64,000 nt of DNA from Pseudomonadota bacterium (GCA_038747015.1 JBCDKE010000007.1:63-64062); one strand, 5' to 3'; positions 10,152-20,864 are shown, counted from the first letter of the stretch. Made by a program: numbers and translations. The notes: generated by a model not told the origin, from the letters alone.

Positions 10152-11201
10152 TCAGTTAGAAGGCGCTTCGCTACCGACCGTGATTTGCACAGCGGCGCGC
10201 GCGTCGTCGACCAACATCTGACCATCCAAGCCCTTGGCGGTCATCTCAACCACCCAGTCGGATATCACTTCGTCACCGAGGGCCGCTATCCGCGCGGTCT
10301 CGGCCTCTCCGATCTGGGCAATTTCATTCCCCGATGCTGCCATCGCCTCGCGGCCGGTGACGTCGCCCGTATCGTGCGCACGCCCAGCCCAGGCAGAGGC
10401 AGCAAGACCCGAATTCGCGTCGATCACGGCGCGCAGGTCTGCCGGAAGGCCCTCGTAGACGGCCTTATTCATCGCCCAGATGAAGTACAGGTTATATAGG
10501 GACCGATCACCGGAAATGTCAGTGTGACTGTCGGCCAATTCATCAAGTTTAAGTGAAGGCGACATCTCCCAGGTGATCACGCCCCCGTCGACGACACCCT
10601 TGGCGATGGCCTCGGGGAAGGCAGGAACCGGCATGCCCACAGGGTTTGCACCGAGTTTCTCAAGCAAAAGTGTGGCCGGACGCGACGGCCCGCGTAGCTT
10701 GAGACCCTCGAAATCTTCGACTTCTGCGATTCCCGCACCGGTCTTGTGCACCAGCCCAGGCCCATGCATGTGCGCGGCGATCACGTGCACATCGCGAAAA
10801 TCGTCCATCAGGTGCTTTTGCGTGAAAATCCACGCCGCTTTGGACGCTTCTTCACCGCTCTTGGTGGTCATGAGGGGCAGTTCCATCGCCTCGGCCTCGG
10901 GGAAGCGGCCCGGCTGATAGCCCGGGATCACCCAGCCGCCATCGATGACGCCGTCGCGGATCAGGTCGTATTGCGCCGTTGCTTTGCCGCCCAGCTGCAT
11001 CGCCGGATAGAGCTCAACCTTGATACGGCCATTGGATTCCGCCTCGATCTTGTCGGCCCAGGGCTGCATGAAATGCGTGGGGTTTGCGGATTTCGGGGAA
11101 ACAAAATGCTGGAAACGCAGCGTGACCTCTTGGGCCATTGCTGCAGCACCTGTTGCGGAAAGAAGTGCAGCCAGAGCTGCGGATTTGAGCATGGTATTCA
11201 T
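10152..11201 (-). CDS. TRAP transporter DctP-family substrate-binding protein (orphan)
   Basis: Signal peptide, SNGRIKVELYPAMQLGG, GYQPGRFP, GLKLR, GVVDG; RBS GGAAGGAG. Confidence 0.9.
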   Translation of the reverse strand: MNTMLKSAALAALLSATGAAAMAQEVTLRFQHFVSPKSANPTHFMQPWADKIEAESNGRIKVELYPAMQLGGKATAQYDLIRDGVIDGGWVIPGYQPGRFPEAEAMELPLMTTKSGEEASKAAWIFTQKHLMDDFRDVHVIAAHMHGPGLVHKTGAGIAEVEDFEGLKLRGPSRPATLLLEKLGANPVGMPVPAFPEAIAKGVVDGGVITWEMSPSLKLDELADSHTDISGDRSLYNLYFIWAMNKAVYEGLPADLRAVIDANSGLAASAWAGRAHDTGDVTGREAMAASGNEIAQIGEAETARIAALGDEVISDWVVEMTAKGLDGQMLVDDARAAVQITVGSEAPSN

Positions 11202-11518
11202 AGCCAGCTCCTTCCTGTGAAGTTCTTCGGGATGCCCGCCGTGCAGGAGGACGCGGCGGGCGAGAGTTACGTAAGTGGCTTTGACCTTCATTCCAAAGCG
11301 CCTGCAACGGCGAAACGCCCGCAAAATCGAACAAATTACCGCGACGCAGCGATAATTTGCGTATGGGGGAGAGTTTCTTCGCCAAATTCCCCGATCGTGC
11401 TCACGAAACCCTCACGGGAAACGGAACTTGGTGCGTCAGCGCAGGCTGCCCCCGCCTTGGCGACATGGCCGTCGCGCCATAAGGAGTACGCGTCCGCGCG
11501 CAACGAAAAGGCCACGCC

Positions 11519-12055
11519 ATGCTGATCCCACGCCAGAAAACCCCCGATCTCTCTGTCCCGACGCTCGACCACGGGCAATTCGACCTCGGCTCCGAAAGCA
11601 ACGAGCGCGGCGTCGTGATCTGTTTCTACCGCGGTCTGCACTGCCCGATCTGCGCGAACTACCTGACCGAATTCGACAAACGCGCCCCCGACTTCGGCGA
11701 GCGCGGCGTCGGCGTCCTCGCTCTCAGCTCAGACGGTGAAGAACGCACTCGCGCCATGGCCGACAAAATCGGCAGCAAGAACCTGCGCTTTGGCTACGAT
11801 CTGAGCCTCAGCAAGGCCAAGGAATGGGGCCTCTACATCTCGACCTCCCGTGGCAAAACCTCCATCGGCATCGAAGAGCCTGCGCTCTTCTCCGAACCGG
11901 GCCTCTTCATGGTTTCGCCGGATCAGTCGCTCTACTACGGGTCGGTTCAGACTATGCCCTTCGTGCGCCCGCATTTCTCGGAACTGGTCGGCGCGCTCGA
12001 TTTTGCGATCAAGGCGAATTACCCGGCGCGCGGCGAATACACCGGCGCGGTCTAA
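11519..12055 (+). CDS. Peroxiredoxin-like AhpC/TSA family protein
   Basis: FYRGLHCPIC, FSEPGLF, QTMPFVRP, YPARGEY. Confidence 0.88.
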   Translation: MLIPRQKTPDLSVPTLDHGQFDLGSESNERGVVICFYRGLHCPICANYLTEFDKRAPDFGERGVGVLALSSDGEERTRAMADKIGSKNLRFGYDLSLSKAKEWGLYISTSRGKTSIGIEEPALFSEPGLFMVSPDQSLYYGSVQTMPFVRPHFSELVGALDFAIKANYPARGEYTGAV

Positions 12056-12987
12056 CGCAACATCGCCGTCAGGAGCGCCTGGTCGAGATCGGCCAGCGCT
12101 CCCTCCCCCGGGCAGCCTTCAAAGGTCACGGCCACTGTCATCCCCGGCGATACCTGGGCAAAATAGGCCCCGGCCCCATCGATGGACCCAAAGCATAAAA
12201 GCCCGGTGTGCCACGTGATCCTCAGCCCCTCCGCCTCGAAGAAAAACGCGCCCAACCCGTATTGCGCGCCACCCCCGGCGGGGACATGGGGCATCGCTTT
12301 GGGGTCGACTCCAGCAAACTGCGCATCGGCAAAGAGCGCGTAGTCGCGCGCTGACATTTCCCACCCGCCCCAGGGCAAAAACGCGCCGTAGCGTGGCGAC
12401 CGCCGCGGGCTGTCGAGGCCCAGAGGCGTCAGAACCCGCGCCGCGCAATAGTCCTGATAGGGCCCACCAGACACGGCCTCGATCAGCGCGCCCAAAATGG
12501 CGTAGTTTTCGTTGTTGTAGCGATAGCCGGGCGCGCCAACCCCGCGAGACAACGCCACGGCCGTTACGTCGCCATGGCGGTTCTGGGCATCATTGACCCA
12601 GTCCCACATCCTTTCCTGCGTCGTGTCCGGCCAAAGGCCGCCGGCATGGGTCAAGAGCCCGGCAACCGTCAGGTCGGGCGCGGCCCCGGGGAGATGGATA
12701 GACACCATGTCGTCGAAACCGAGCGCGCCGTCGTCGACCAACTGCGCCACGCAGGCTCCGGTGATCGCCTTCGACAGCGAGGCCAGTGGCGCGGCCTCTC
12801 CTTCAGCACCGCCGCGCATGACATCGCGCGCCACCTGCCCGTCCTGCACAATGGCCAGCGCCGAATTGCCCACGCGGTGGCTTGCAAACCAGTCGCGCCA
12901 GGCGGCTTCTACCTGGCCCAGTCGTGCGTCATCACCCGCCGAAGCGGCGCTCGCGATGAATAAAAAGAGAAAAAGTAGTTGCCTCAC
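12052..12987 (-). CDS. Secreted serine hydrolase (beta-lactamase/PBP fold)
   Basis: Signal peptide, SxxK (SLSK), LLTHAGG, YNNENY, HTG. Confidence 0.82.
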   Translation of the reverse strand: MRQLLFLFLFIASAASAGDDARLGQVEAAWRDWFASHRVGNSALAIVQDGQVARDVMRGGAEGEAAPLASLSKAITGACVAQLVDDGALGFDDMVSIHLPGAAPDLTVAGLLTHAGGLWPDTTQERMWDWVNDAQNRHGDVTAVALSRGVGAPGYRYNNENYAILGALIEAVSGGPYQDYCAARVLTPLGLDSPRRSPRYGAFLPWGGWEMSARDYALFADAQFAGVDPKAMPHVPAGGGAQYGLGAFFFEAEGLRITWHTGLLCFGSIDGAGAYFAQVSPGMTVAVTFEGCPGEGALADLDQALLTAMLR

Positions 12988-13796
12988 CCACCATAGGTAG
13001 GGTGGAACAGTCCCCCGGGCGACAACGTAAAGATCTCAAATCCGTTACTGGTCACCCCGACAGAGTGCTCGAACTGCGCCGACAGGGATTTGTCGCGCGT
13101 CACGGCGGTCCAGTCATCGGCGAGAACCTTGGTCTCCGGGCGACCCAGATTGACCATGGGTTCGATCGTAAAGAACATGCCTTCTTCCAGAACGGGGCCC
13201 GATCCGGCGCGCCCGTAGTGCAAAACATTTGGCGGCGCGTGGAACACACGACCGAGGCCGTGACCACAGAAATCGCGCACGACGCTCATCCGGTTGGCCT
13301 CCACATAGGTCTGAATTGCGTGGCCGATATCGCCAAAGGTATTGCCCGGCTTCACCGCCTCGATCCCCTTGAAAAGCGCGTCATGAGTAACCTGGATCAA
13401 CCGCTCGGACTTCCGCGACAGCTTGCCCGCGACATACATCCGGCTTGTGTCCCCGAACCAGCCATCCACGATGACGGTGACGTCGATATTCAGGATATCG
13501 CCGTCTTTCAGGACCTTCGAACCCGGAATGCCGTGGCAAACGACATGGTTCACGCTGATACAGCTGGCGTGCTCATAGCCCTTGTAGCCGATGGTCGCCG
13601 ACTTGACGCTCAGCTCCTCGATGCGCTCGGTGATCACGCGGTCGATCTCGCCGGTGGTCTGGCCAGGGACGACCAGCGGCGCCAACTCGTCAAGGATCTG
13701 CGCCGCCACGCGGCCAGCTTCGTGCATGCCGGCAAAATCGCCCGGCTCGTAAATCCTGATACCGTCTCTCGTCATGCGTCCGCGCGCGGTGTCCAT
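12984..13796 (-). CDS. map: Type I methionine aminopeptidase
   Basis: CISVNHVVCHGIP, DGWFGDTSR, FCGHGLG, FTIEPM, AQFEHS. Confidence 0.96.
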   Translation of the reverse strand: MDTARGRMTRDGIRIYEPGDFAGMHEAGRVAAQILDELAPLVVPGQTTGEIDRVITERIEELSVKSATIGYKGYEHASCISVNHVVCHGIPGSKVLKDGDILNIDVTVIVDGWFGDTSRMYVAGKLSRKSERLIQVTHDALFKGIEAVKPGNTFGDIGHAIQTYVEANRMSVVRDFCGHGLGRVFHAPPNVLHYGRAGSGPVLEEGMFFTIEPMVNLGRPETKVLADDWTAVTRDKSLSAQFEHSVGVTSNGFEIFTLSPGGLFHPTYGG

Positions 13797-13886
13797 GGGT
13801 CTGATCCTGAAATAGGGCTCGAGCTTCATATAGCCCTAAATGCCCCCCTCCGCCAGAGATGCCGATCAGCAGTAGCGACGCCCCGC

Positions 13887-13910
13887 CCCTTCTTTGTTTC
13901 ACAAATACTT
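13887..13910 (-). repeat. 24-bp intergenic repeat, copy 3 (AAGTATTT-gtg-AAACAAAGAAGGG on minus)
   Basis: Identical core; about 15 bp downstream of the sfsA stop. Confidence 0.85.
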
Positions 13911-13924
13911 AAAAGCTGTGCCCG

Positions 13925-14638
13925 CTAGCCCGCACCCAAGTCTACCGGAAGCGACGGCCCCAAAACGATCTCACCCGTTGACACGTCACAGCGATAGGCC
14001 AGCATTTCGACACCCGCGTCCACCGCCTCGCGAAAGGCCTGTGCATAGCCCGGGTCCAGATCTGCGGCGACGCGAACACGGCCGCAGCCCTCGTGTTGGA
14101 TCACATAGATCATCACCGCCCGGTGCCCGGCCTCCTTGACCAGGATGAGCTCGCGCAGATGCTTGGCCCCGCGCTCGGTCACGCAGTCGGGAAACTCCGC
14201 CCAGTCGCCGGTGCGCAGCAAATGGACGTTCTTGATCTCGACATAGGCGTCGGGCAACCCGTCTTCGGTCAAAAGGAAGTCTATCCTGCTCCGCGTGCCA
14301 TAGGGCACCTCGGGCCGGACACCACCATAGGCCGAAAGCTCCGCGATGCGGCCCTCCAGCAGGGCTTCCTTGGTGACCCGGTTTGGCACGGCGGTGTCGA
14401 TACCCACCATGGTCCCGTCGTCCAGCTGCGCCACGCGCCACGCGTACTTCAGCTTTTTCTTGGGGTCGTCATTGGGCTCAACCCAGACCCGCAGCCCCGG
14501 TTCTTTTAGCCCCATCATCGATCCCGGGTTCGGACAATGCGCCACCACCTCCTCGCCGGTCTCGAGAACGACATCCGATAAAAATCTTTTGTACCGCCTC
14601 AACAGGCGTCCGGGCACGAGGGGGGTTTGAAACTCCAT
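13925..14638 (-). CDS. sfsA: DNA/RNA nuclease SfsA
   Basis: RRYKRFL, HCPNPGSM, SRIDFLL, YVEIKN, FPDCVTERGAKHL. Confidence 0.93.
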   Translation of the reverse strand: MEFQTPLVPGRLLRRYKRFLSDVVLETGEEVVAHCPNPGSMMGLKEPGLRVWVEPNDDPKKKLKYAWRVAQLDDGTMVGIDTAVPNRVTKEALLEGRIAELSAYGGVRPEVPYGTRSRIDFLLTEDGLPDAYVEIKNVHLLRTGDWAEFPDCVTERGAKHLRELILVKEAGHRAVMIYVIQHEGCGRVRVAADLDPGYAQAFREAVDAGVEMLAYRCDVSTGEIVLGPSLPVDLGAG

Positions 14639-14680
14639 GGCACGGGCCTAATAGTTTTGCGCGTGCATCGAAACCAGCGC

Positions 14681-14705
14681 CCAAGAATTTTGCGAAAATT
14701 CTTGG
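14681..14705. repeat. Perfect AT-core palindrome CCAAGAATTTT-gcg-AAAATTCTTGG
   Basis: 11-bp arms between the divergent sfsA and cinA-like genes. Confidence 0.6.
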
Positions 14706-14731
14706 ACCCGCGGCAACATTGGAGACCTGAA

Positions 14732-15454
14732 ATGACCAACCCAACTGCCGCGATGCTGGTGATCGGCGACGAAATCCTCTCGGGCCGGACGCGCGACGCC
14801 AATATGTACCATTTGGCTGGGCAACTGACCGAGCGCGGCATCGACCTCAAAGAAGTGCGGGTTGTGTCCGACGATCGCGAAGCCATCGTCGACGCCGTGA
14901 ACGCCCTTCGCGGCGCATTTGACCACGTTTTCACCTCTGGCGGCATTGGTCCGACCCATGATGACATCACCGCCGACTGCGTGGCAGCGGCCTTTGGCGA
15001 CGGGATCGGGGTGCGCGCCGATGCCGACAAGCTGCTGGGTGACTACTACGCCGCCAATGGCCGCGACTATAACGACGCGCGCAAACGCATGGCCCGCATC
15101 CCGGACAGCGCGACGCTGATTGATAACCCCGTCTCCATCGCGCCAGGCTTTACCCTTGGCAATGTCCACGTCATGGCAGGCGTTCCGTCAGTCTTTCAGG
15201 CCATGGTCGCCACCGTTCTGGCCACGCTCAGTGGCGGCGCGCCCTTGCAGTCGGAAACCGTCCGCATCGACCGGGGCGAAGGCGACATCGCCGGGCCCTT
15301 GGGCGAGCTGGCCGACGCCTTCCCCGATATTTCTATCGGCTCCTACCCGTTTCAGGAAAACGGCAAATTCGGCGCCAATATCGTTATGCGCAGCCCCGAC
15401 AGCGCCCGTCTGAACGAGGCCAAATCCGCCCTGATCGACCGTTTTGCAGAATGA
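14732..15454 (+). CDS. CinA-like molybdopterin-binding domain protein
   Basis: IGDEILSGRTRDAN, SGGIGPTHDDIT, MAGVP. Confidence 0.9.
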   Translation: MTNPTAAMLVIGDEILSGRTRDANMYHLAGQLTERGIDLKEVRVVSDDREAIVDAVNALRGAFDHVFTSGGIGPTHDDITADCVAAAFGDGIGVRADADKLLGDYYAANGRDYNDARKRMARIPDSATLIDNPVSIAPGFTLGNVHVMAGVPSVFQAMVATVLATLSGGAPLQSETVRIDRGEGDIAGPLGELADAFPDISIGSYPFQENGKFGANIVMRSPDSARLNEAKSALIDRFAE

Positions 15455-16179
15455 ACGCGCCGACGATTCCACAGATAGCAGAGGCCATCTGGGTCACATG
15501 GCCCGGCGAGGATGTCACCGACAGCCCGGCCTTTACCCTGCGCAAATCCTCTGACGACAGCCGCCGCTCCCGCGCGGCCACAGCAAAACGCTCAGCCACT
15601 GACGACGAAATCGCTGAGGCCGCCGCGACGATGCACAGCTGGGGCCAGCCCGCCATGTTCTGGGTCCCCTCGGATCATCCGGAGCTCGACGCGCAACTCG
15701 ACCGGCTAGGCTATGTCGATCACGACCACTCGGTCTATTACGCCGGGCTGACAGCCGATCTCGCCGCCCGCAAACCGCCCCGCGTCAGCACTTTCGAGAT
15801 CTGGGAACCTCTAGCGATCATGGCCGATATCTGGGCCGCAACTGGTACCTCGCCCGGACGGCAAGAGGTCATGGCCCGTGCCGACTGCGCCAAAACTGCT
15901 ATTTTCGGGAGGGTCGATGCCCAACCCGCCGGGGTGGCCTATGTCGGCGCCCATAACGGGATTGCCATGCTCCATGCGCTAGGCACTCTGCCAGAACACC
16001 GCCGCAAGGGGCTCGCCGCCCACATGATGGCCCAGGCCGCGATCTGGGCCGCGCGCGCGGGCTGCGATTGGATCGCGCTGGCCGTCGCACGCGGAAACGA
16101 CCCTGCCCGTGCGCTCTATGCTTCCCTCGGCATGGCACCTGTGGGAAGCTACCACTACCGCAGCTTGGAGCCGTCATGA
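15451..16179 (+). CDS. GNAT-family acetyltransferase
   Basis: PEHRRKGLA, NDPARALYASLG. Confidence 0.82.
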   Translation: MNAPTIPQIAEAIWVTWPGEDVTDSPAFTLRKSSDDSRRSRAATAKRSATDDEIAEAAATMHSWGQPAMFWVPSDHPELDAQLDRLGYVDHDHSVYYAGLTADLAARKPPRVSTFEIWEPLAIMADIWAATGTSPGRQEVMARADCAKTAIFGRVDAQPAGVAYVGAHNGIAMLHALGTLPEHRRKGLAAHMMAQAAIWAARAGCDWIALAVARGNDPARALYASLGMAPVGSYHYRSLEPS

Positions 16180-16742
16180 CCGACAAGGTAACCGCCCTCG
16201 AACTCACCCCCGTGGACCCGCTCCCCCCTGCTACGCAGAAGTATTTCGACATCTGTCAGGAAAAGCTAGGCCTCGTGCCTAACGTGCTCAAGGCCTACGC
16301 CTTTGACATCGACAAACTCGACGCATTCTCCGGGCTCTACAACGATCTGATGCTGGCCGACTCCGGCCTGACGAAGCTTGAACGCGAAATGATCGCTGTC
16401 GTGGTGAGCTCACTTAATCGCTGCGTCTACTGTCTCACAGCTCACGGGCAGGCGGTGCGCGAGTTGTCCGGCGACCCAGTGCTGGGCGAACACCTGGTGA
16501 TGAACTACCGCGCCGCAGCCCTCACGCCGAAACAACGCGCCATGCTCGATTTTGCCGTGCTGATGACCGAAAGCTCGCACAAAATCGAAGAATCCGACCG
16601 CCAGGCGTTGCGCGATGCCGGCTGGGGCGAAAGGGACATCTGGGACATCGCCAATGTCACCGGCTTCTTCAACATGACGAACCGCGTGGCCTCGGCAACC
16701 GACATGGCGCCGAACCCCGAATATCACAGTAGGAACCGATGA
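16176..16742 (+). CDS. AhpD-like peroxidase-related enzyme
   Basis: LEREMIAVVVSSLNRCVYCLTAHG, GFFNMTNR. Confidence 0.9.
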   Translation: MTDKVTALELTPVDPLPPATQKYFDICQEKLGLVPNVLKAYAFDIDKLDAFSGLYNDLMLADSGLTKLEREMIAVVVSSLNRCVYCLTAHGQAVRELSGDPVLGEHLVMNYRAAALTPKQRAMLDFAVLMTESSHKIEESDRQALRDAGWGERDIWDIANVTGFFNMTNRVASATDMAPNPEYHSRNR

Positions 16743-16748
16743 CCTGAC

Positions 16749-17693
16749 ATGCTGCGTATTGCGGTGCCTCTCCTCCTTTTGGGCGGCATGGCCCAAGCGC
16801 TGACTCTGGAATTGCCACCAGGGGCCGAGGTCACCCGTGAAATCATCGAAGAAAATGCCACCCGCGCGATCCCCAGCGGACCCACACAAGAAGGTTTTAC
16901 CCCAACCGTATTGTCCAGCGGTACCGTGGCCCGTCGCGCCATCCGCGTGCCTAACTCGGGCGACCCCAACACCACCGCTTTGATGCTTTCGATCACTGAA
17001 CAACTCGCTGCAGACGGATTTACCGAGGTTTATTCATGCCAAACTCAATCCTGCGGCGGATTTGACTTCAGGTTTGCTCTCGACCTGATCCCCGCGCCCG
17101 AAATGTTCGTCGATCTCGGCGACTTTCAGTATTTCACGGCCCAAAAAGCGGACGAACACGTCACCGTCGTGACCAGTCGAAGCCAGGCCGACGGGTATCT
17201 GCATATCGAGCGCATCACCAAAAATGACGCCTCCGTGGTAATCGAGACCTCCCCTGCACTGGACTTGTCCAACGCCACACCTTCATCGATCGTAGGCGAA
17301 CCGTTAACCCAAAGAATACTGGCTGCAGTCCTCGAATCGAACGGAAGCCTCGTGCTCGAAGACCTGATCTTCCCGAGCGGCACCACCGAACTGCCCGACG
17401 ACGAATACCCGTCCCTCACAGCTTTGGCAGGGTATCTAAACGAAAACCCCGATCGCACGGTCGCCTTGGTAGGGCACACCGATGCCGCTGGCAGCCTGCA
17501 AATGAATATCGAGGTGTCGCGACGCCGGGCCGAGACCGCGCGCACCAAACTAATTGACCGCTATGGCGTCGCAGCCGAACAGGTCGCCGCCGAAGGGATG
17601 GGCTATCTCGCCCCGCGCACCACGAACCTCACCGAAGAGGGCCGCGGGAAAAATAGACGGGTCGAGGTGATACTCACCTCGACCCGCCCTTGA
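16749..17693 (+). CDS. OmpA-family protein
   Basis: Signal peptide; C-terminal VGHTDAAG...SRRRA...NRRVEV. Confidence 0.88.
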   Translation: MLRIAVPLLLLGGMAQALTLELPPGAEVTREIIEENATRAIPSGPTQEGFTPTVLSSGTVARRAIRVPNSGDPNTTALMLSITEQLAADGFTEVYSCQTQSCGGFDFRFALDLIPAPEMFVDLGDFQYFTAQKADEHVTVVTSRSQADGYLHIERITKNDASVVIETSPALDLSNATPSSIVGEPLTQRILAAVLESNGSLVLEDLIFPSGTTELPDDEYPSLTALAGYLNENPDRTVALVGHTDAAGSLQMNIEVSRRRAETARTKLIDRYGVAAEQVAAEGMGYLAPRTTNLTEEGRGKNRRVEVILTSTRP

Positions 17694-17767
17694 CCCAGCC
17701 AAGTAGCCTACTCGTTAAGCGGCCAAGTGGTCAAAAACCAAACGCTACACGGCTGTCTCTCTCCTCA

Positions 17768-18673
17768 TCACCATGCATCCGGTCCTTTTTCGGCGAAGGC
17801 ATGAACGAGGAAATCTATGAAAGCCCGCACCTTCGGTTGCGTAAAGCGACCGGGCGGGTAAACGGCATAAATGCCCTGGGTCTCATCAGGGAGGTCAGGA
17901 ATTGCATCCATGACCAAACCCTGCTCCAGCGCCTCTGCAAAAAGAAACGATGGAAGATATGCGATCCCCAGCCCACTGATCGCTGCGTTAAGTAGCGACT
18001 GCCCGTCATTAACGGTCAGCCATCCTGCGGTCCGCACCTGGCGCTTTTCGCCAGAGGGTGCCGTGATCCTCCAGACCGAGCCATTTGACTGGTTGGAGTA
18101 GTGCAGGAGTTTATGTTCGTTCAGATCGTCGATTTTCTCAGGACGGCCATACTTTTCGAAGTAAGCCGGAGACGCGATCATGCGTTTCGTTGTGTCTGTC
18201 AGCTTCCGCGCGCGGAGCGTCGAATCTTCGAGCTCACCAATGCGGATCGCCATGTCGAACCCTTCGGAGATCAGCTCGACATAGCGGTTGTTGAGAACCA
18301 TGTTCACCGTAATGTCCGGGAATTCCTGCAGGAACTCACCCAAAACGGGACTCAAATGGTTAACACCGAAATCGGTCGCCACCGAGATACGCAGCAGGCC
18401 CGACGGCGCAGACTGCATGGACGTAACCAACGCATCAGCCTCACCCGCGTCATTTAGAACGCGGCGTGCGCGGTCATAATAAGCAAGACCAATTTCAGTC
18501 GGGGAGACGCGGCGCGTCGTGCGATTTAGCAAACGTGCACCCAGACGGGCCTCCAACGAAGAAACGTGCTTGGAAACGGCGGACTTAGATATCCCCATCT
18601 TCCTTGCAGCGTCCGTGAAGCCGCCCTGGTCTACGACCGTGGCAAACGCTTCCATCTCCGTCAAACGATCCAT
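17768..18673 (-). CDS. LysR-family transcriptional regulator (CrgA/DmlR-like)
   Basis: GGFTDAARKMGISKSAVSKHVSSLEARLGARLLNRTTR, PKVRAFIDFL. Confidence 0.94.
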   Translation of the reverse strand: MDRLTEMEAFATVVDQGGFTDAARKMGISKSAVSKHVSSLEARLGARLLNRTTRRVSPTEIGLAYYDRARRVLNDAGEADALVTSMQSAPSGLLRISVATDFGVNHLSPVLGEFLQEFPDITVNMVLNNRYVELISEGFDMAIRIGELEDSTLRARKLTDTTKRMIASPAYFEKYGRPEKIDDLNEHKLLHYSNQSNGSVWRITAPSGEKRQVRTAGWLTVNDGQSLLNAAISGLGIAYLPSFLFAEALEQGLVMDAIPDLPDETQGIYAVYPPGRFTQPKVRAFIDFLVHAFAEKGPDAW

Positions 18674-18896
18674 CCCAAACCCTCGACTAACTCGTCCATG
18701 GCACTGGTTATCGGGGGCGTTCAGGGCACGAACGGGGCGGGCATTCGACAATATCAGGAAATTTGCGGGCGTTGTGGCCATACTAGCGACAAATCCACAG
18801 GCCGTTTGCCACAATTCCGAACTGTTCGGTTAATGGATTGTAAATTAGTTAGATTTTCAAAGTGGCTGCCTGTGGATGCCAGCCAGATCGCGCGGC

Positions 18897-19280
18897 TCAA
18901 GCCCCGGTTTCAACACAATGGCGGCGGAATGCACGTTTAAGCATGTCCAACTCTGCTCTAAGGAGATCGACCTCCGCCCGTAAGTCTTCTGACAATGGCG
19001 CACCGGCTGCGATGGCAAAGTTGCCCAGGGTGGCACCGGTCTCTGCATGTTGGATCAGGAAAGTCTGGACACCGTCTGACAATGCCGATGCCGGGATTGG
19101 CACCCTTAACGTCCATTGATTGTCACCCAACGCCTCTACTTTGACGCCCTCAATGGAGTTCTCCAAATGGGTCACGGAAATCTGCGGCGACACAGCCGAC
19201 CCCGAAACAACCCCTTCCCAAACGCCTTCTCGCAGGCGCGTCTTAGTTACTGTCAGTGCGGAAGCTGTAATAGCGTTCAT
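18897..19280 (-). CDS. Conserved hypothetical protein
   Basis: Beta-rich N-terminus; C-terminal coiled coil RAEVDLLRAELDMLKRAFRRHC. Confidence 0.75.
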   Translation of the reverse strand: MNAITASALTVTKTRLREGVWEGVVSGSAVSPQISVTHLENSIEGVKVEALGDNQWTLRVPIPASALSDGVQTFLIQHAETGATLGNFAIAAGAPLSEDLRAEVDLLRAELDMLKRAFRRHCVETGA

Positions 19281-19287
19281 AAAACCC

Positions 19288-20043
19288 TCAAAGGTCAGCA
19301 CGCGGTGAGCGCGAGAATGTGACATCGCGGATAACGATCTGGTTCATCTGAGGCCCTTCAAAAATTAGGTCCAACCACATGCGCTCTGCGCGCCGCTCAT
19401 TGAGCTTGGTATAAGCAAGATCGAATTCTACCCAGACATCTTCTTGAGCCAACGGCAATTCGCGCACGATCTGTTCGGTGTTGGGACCATGGCGCAAATT
19501 CAATCGCGCAAAGATCTCCAAGGGCTTTTCCGTTTCAATGATCGTGTTCAGCCGGATCAGGTGGTTTTTCTTCAGGCCTGTCGCCGCCTCTGAGGGCAGA
19601 TCGATCGCCATCGACAAAAAGGACCCGTCAAAACCAAAGACATCCATGCGCACCCCATAAGGGGCGAGATCAGCTTCCCGCTGATTTCGGAGCTGACGAA
19701 TTGTAAGCTCGCTGGAGCGACAATCGTGAAAGATCGTCGCATCCTCGCCAAAGCGTGTTTGGCTGTCGACAGCAACGAGCCCCACCTGCGGTAGAGGGCC
19801 CTTCCATAGCTGTGGCCGCCAGGCCCAGTCAGAGTTCTTTGGTTTGTAAAAAGTACTCGACCCAATCGCCGGCAAAGCCAGCCGATCTTCGGCACGAAAG
19901 ATGACTTCGTCTAGGTGATGGCGCAGCTGTCGCGCGCGATTGGCTTCGGCGCGCAGCGTGGACAAGGGGACAGATACGGCCTCCCGGGCCGAACGACTCC
20001 AACGGCGGAGCGTCCCACGATGCAATATCTGCGAAATCACCAA
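19288..20043 (-). CDS. Conserved hypothetical protein (DUF6478-like)
   Basis: WAWRPQLW, MDVFGFDGSFLS, HGPNTEQIVRELP; family name recalled, not searched. Confidence 0.7.
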   Translation of the reverse strand: MVISQILHRGTLRRWSRSAREAVSVPLSTLRAEANRARQLRHHLDEVIFRAEDRLALPAIGSSTFYKPKNSDWAWRPQLWKGPLPQVGLVAVDSQTRFGEDATIFHDCRSSELTIRQLRNQREADLAPYGVRMDVFGFDGSFLSMAIDLPSEAATGLKKNHLIRLNTIIETEKPLEIFARLNLRHGPNTEQIVRELPLAQEDVWVEFDLAYTKLNERRAERMWLDLIFEGPQMNQIVIRDVTFSRSPRADL

Positions 20044-20183
20044 AAGCTCCCTAGAAACTCCGACATGGCCTTTTTCTTAGCGTGGCTGTTTTACAAATTC
20101 ATAACCTGGCCACGGTCAATCGCCCAATGGGGTCAGACGCGGCGGCAGTGTCAACGCTTTCGGTCAACGATTCAACACCCGCG

Positions 20184-20864
20184 TTAGCTCCCGTCGCCGC
20201 TGTTCGCTGGCGGCGGGGTATTCTCATTGATCTGAAGCAAGATCTGCGCTGTATCGCGTATCAGGTCTTCTCCCGCGGCACCGGGCAATGGTCCCTCAAC
20301 CTTGCCGAAGACCGAAATCACCACTGCACGCCCAGCTATGTCTAACGCCGCCTTCCAGTGTCGCTCGCTCACCCCTTGCGGGCTTCCGGGCCCGGAGTCG
20401 ATGAGATTGACATAAAGCGCAACAGAACTTCTTTCGATCTCCAAGAGCTCGATGTCTTCCGCCCGACCGGACCGCGCCAACAGGGCTGGGTTCGCCTGAA
20501 CCAGATCGCTCAGCGCGGCAAGATCCCCGTGGGTGCCTTTGGTGATGGTAACGAGAACCAGCGCCGCATCAGGGGCACCGGCATCCGCCCTCCCCCCAAG
20601 ATTGCTGCAATTGGCTAAGACGACGCTGGCTGAACCGTCCCTCTGGCGCACCCGACTGGTGTCAACGCATTTGCCAAAAGGCGCGCGTACGCGCATGCCG
20701 TTCTTCAGTTGTACTTCACGCGTCGCCTTCTGCCCCCGAGCTGCAGATGGATCCGCAAAGGAAAACCCGGCCACCTGGTCACATGCCGCCAGAAAGGCGG
20801 CCGATGACGCGGCAATGACAAAGGCTCTAAAGATCGGAATACATATGCTTCTCTTCGGCACCAC
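20184..20864 (-). CDS. Hypothetical lipoprotein
   Basis: Lipobox FLAAC; overlaps the 3' end of ilvD. Confidence 0.65.
   Translation of the reverse strand: MVPKRSICIPIFRAFVIAASSAAFLAACDQVAGFSFADPSAARGQKATREVQLKNGMRVRAPFGKCVDTSRVRQRDGSASVVLANCSNLGGRADAGAPDAALVLVTITKGTHGDLAALSDLVQANPALLARSGRAEDIELLEIERSSVALYVNLIDSGPGSPQGVSERHWKAALDIAGRAVVISVFGKVEGPLPGAAGEDLIRDTAQILLQINENTPPPANSGDGS

Noticed and set aside
18830-18844. CtrA-like TTAA-N7-TAAA upstream of the LysR gene (and a similar weak site near 51398)
   Set aside because: Imperfect matches in AT-rich promoter DNA; not distinguishable from chance.
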